Assembly: GCA_031372065.1 (NCBI GenBank)
Contig: JANMKN010000035.1
Span: 1 to 27,279, forward strand
Reading direction: 5' to 3'
Source of the DNA: Abditibacteriaceae bacterium
Lineage (GTDB): Bacteria; Armatimonadota; Abditibacteriia; Abditibacteriales; Abditibacteriaceae
DNA length: 27,279 bases
A program made the translations under genes and the position numbers. The stretch's first letter is position 1. Each line of letters opens with the position of its first letter. The notes beneath the pieces are model-generated. The model did not search any database. It had not been told where the DNA came from and saw nothing but the letters and a program-made list of their open reading frames with translations. Positions 25,391 through 27,279 of this stretch are shown here, piece after piece.

Positions 25391-26640
25391 TCGTCAATCG
25401 TTACCTGCAAAGCGCCATCGCGCCAATGAATTGTTAATTTCTGTCCCGTTTGCACAGAAGCGGCGTTGGTCACCAGTTCACCGTTTTCGTCGCGCACTAA
25501 GACGAAACCGCGTTCAAGCGCGCGATCCAGCGTGCGTTGTGGATCAAGTGCCCGTAATTGTCCGCGTAGTGCCGTCAAAGCCTGCTTTTCTATTTTAACA
25601 CGACGCCGCGCGGCGTCTCGCACGCGAGAGCGCAACTCGGCCACTTGAGTGCGTGATTTGCGCAAACGCGCCGTCGGATCGCTGAGGGCTTTGCGGCGGC
25701 GCGCGGCCTCCAAACGCTGCCGCGAAAGTCGCACTTCGCCCGCCACCGCGTTGAACATTCGTCGTTGCGCCTGATAAAGCGCTGCTTGCAAATCCACGAT
25801 GTCCGGCGCGACTAACTCGGCGGCTGCCGACGGCGTGGGCGCGCGCAAATCGGCGACGAAATCGAGCAAAGTAAAATCAGTTTCATGCCCGATGGCCGAA
25901 ATCAATGGAATCGGGCAGCGACTGGCGGCGCGCACTAAATCTTCGTCGTTGAAGCACCACAAATCTTCTGCTGAGCCGCCACCGCGCGCCATGATCAGCA
26001 CATCCAAATCGTCCAAAGCGCCTGCCCAACTGAGGGCGCGCATTAATTCGGGCACTGCCGAAAAACCCTGCACCGCCGAGGGAATGAAAACAATCGTCGC
26101 CACAGGCCAGCGACGACGCAAAACAGTGACAACATCGTGCGCCACGGCGCCCGATGGCGAAGTAATCAAACCGATGCGGCGTGGATAATGTGGCAGCAAC
26201 TTTTTGCGTTCGCTGGCGAACAAACCTTCGGCATCAAGTTCGTTTTTCAGTCGCTCAAAGGCTTCGGCGAGCGCGCCTTGTCCGTCGAAACGCAAATTGG
26301 TGACGATAAACGACACTTCGCCGCGCTGCGCGTAAAATTCGACGTGCCCGGTGGCAACGACGCGATCTCCATTATTGGGGCGAAATTGTAATTTCGCCGC
26401 GCTTTTTTTCCAACAACAGCAGCGAATTTGCGCGTTGCCATCTTTGAGGGTGAAATAAAGGTGCCCCGACGAATACGGCTTGAAATTAGAAATTTCGCCG
26501 CGCACCACAACATCGCACAAAATCGGATCAGCTTCCAAAACGCGCGCAATTTGCCACGATAATTCGCCTACCGACAGCACGCCATCGTGTTCTATTGGCG
26601 CATTTAAGGCTTCCTCAATTGATTCGTCAAAATCCTGCAT
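25387..26640 (-). CDS. xseA: Exodeoxyribonuclease VII large subunit
   Basis: GEISNF..SGHLYFTLKD, IGLITSPSGA, ARGGGSAEDLWCFN, SAIGHETDFTLLDFVADLRAPTPSAAAE. The start is uncertain; ATG 26640 is preferred over TTG 26679. Confidence 0.95.
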   Translation of the reverse strand: MQDFDESIEEALNAPIEHDGVLSVGELSWQIARVLEADPILCDVVVRGEISNFKPYSSGHLYFTLKDGNAQIRCCCWKKSAAKLQFRPNNGDRVVATGHVEFYAQRGEVSFIVTNLRFDGQGALAEAFERLKNELDAEGLFASERKKLLPHYPRRIGLITSPSGAVAHDVVTVLRRRWPVATIVFIPSAVQGFSAVPELMRALSWAGALDDLDVLIMARGGGSAEDLWCFNDEDLVRAASRCPIPLISAIGHETDFTLLDFVADLRAPTPSAAAELVAPDIVDLQAALYQAQRRMFNAVAGEVRLSRQRLEAARRRKALSDPTARLRKSRTQVAELRSRVRDAARRRVKIEKQALTALRGQLRALDPQRTLDRALERGFVLVRDENGELVTNAASVQTGQKLTIHWRDGALQVTIDE

Positions 26641-26664
26641 CTCCAAAAGATTATCAAGAAACGC

Positions 26665-26704
26665 CAGTATTTGAGACAAAACGCCTGATTTGTCTCAAAT
26701 ATTG
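26665..26704. promoter_or_regulatory. Inverted repeat in the divergent spacer (candidate protein-binding site or hairpin)
   Basis: TATTTGAGACAAA (26668-26680), 8 nt, TTTGTCTCAAATA (26689-26701): perfect over 13 bp and extendable to 16 bp with one mismatch. Confidence 0.55.
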
Positions 26705-26770
26705 CACTGCATTATGGAAACATCACGAAGGCCGGACGCCAAAGCAACGGGCCGCCAAAGGATGATTTCA

Positions 26771-27040
26771 ATGAACCAGACCATCGAAGAACACGCAGAT
26801 ATGGAACCAGCAACCCTTTCCGACAACAAAAAAGTTCGCACTTGCCCGCGTTGTGGCGGCACGCAGTTCGAAGCGGGTCACATGATGATTCCGCACGGCG
26901 GCGAAGTCATTTTGCGCTTGTTTAAGACTTCGATGATGCAGCGTTTTCCCAATATTTCCGTCAGCGCCGACATTTGTCTTTCCTGCGGCGCTCTCGAACT
27001 GAGCGCCGACCCCGAAAAAGCTCGCGACTTGCTGAAATAG
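26771..27040 (+). CDS. Small zinc-ribbon protein (CPxCG...CxxCG)
   Basis: TCPRCGG and ICLSCGALEL; AAGGA 8 nt upstream of ATG 26771. Confidence 0.75.
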   Translation: MNQTIEEHADMEPATLSDNKKVRTCPRCGGTQFEAGHMMIPHGGEVILRLFKTSMMQRFPNISVSADICLSCGALELSADPEKARDLLK

Positions 27041-27069
27041 ATATTTTGAAAAAGTATCTGTGCTGATTC

Positions 27070-27129
27070 GGCGCGCGGGCTTCTCGCCCGAATTTTGAAT
27101 GTGAATTGCGGGCGAGACGCCCGCGCTCC
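27070..27129. repeat. REP-like inverted doublet (REPIN-like)
   Basis: GGCGCGCGGGCTTCTCGCCCGA (27070-27091) and GCGGGCGAGACGCCCGCGCTCC (27108-27129) are 19/22 inverted, and each arm is itself a small hairpin. Confidence 0.75.
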
Positions 27130-27221
27130 TTTTCCCAGCCCTCAATTTTGCCAGAAGTCTGATAAAACTCTTTACAAAGCACAGCAGAGATGGCCTGAAC
27201 ACCAATAATGACGTAAACTCC

Positions 27222-27279
27222 TTTATAATTTCGCCATCCTAATTTATAATTTCGCCATCCTAATTTATAATTTCGCCAT
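27222..27279. repeat. Perfect 21-bp tandem repeat, truncated by the window end
   Basis: TTTATAATTTCGCCATCCTAA at 27222 and 27243, and a partial copy (16 nt) at 27264. Confidence 0.92.

Noticed and set aside
26714..26770. c-di-GMP-I riboswitch-like string (GGACGCCAAAGCAACGGGCC)
   Set aside because: It resembles the GACGCAAAGC core, but I could not form the GAAA-capped P2 stem or the downstream receptor stem. An Infernal search with the Rfam c-di-GMP-I model would settle it.
27222..27279. CRISPR array
   Set aside because: The repeats are directly adjacent with no spacers, and there are no cas genes in the window.

Overview
Bacterial chromosomal window with three parts. (1) 1-5868 is an accessory zone. 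It holds the 3' part of a large secreted protein with four Calx-beta domains, a translationally coupled B12-dependent radical SAM enzyme plus membrane protein, and a GNAT gene. It also holds a decayed patch made of a degenerate 21-bp array, a half REP-like element and a 5'-truncated GH125 mannosidase. (2) 5935-17427 is a probable glycan-utilisation locus. It encodes a LacI regulator with its own operator, two paralogous secreted beta-helix proteins flanking a heparinase II/III-type lyase, two PhyH-type Fe(II)/2-oxoglutarate dioxygenases around an AraC gene, a GH36/clan-D-like hydrolase and a ThuA-like protein; no transporter gene is present. (3) 17470-26640 is a minus-strand housekeeping run, xseA-xseB-ispA-dxs-TPR-nadK-GAF/HD-GYP. 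Three of its spacers are filled by hairpins built from three different heptamer repeats, and dxs and nadK carry non-canonical motif residues. The window ends with a small Zn-ribbon gene, a REP-like doublet and a perfect 21-bp tandem repeat that runs off the edge. No rRNA, tRNA, CRISPR array or transposase was seen. The protein style is reminiscent of Armatimonadota/Abditibacteriota or PVC bacteria, which is an unverified impression. All family calls come from motif recognition by eye, not database searches.
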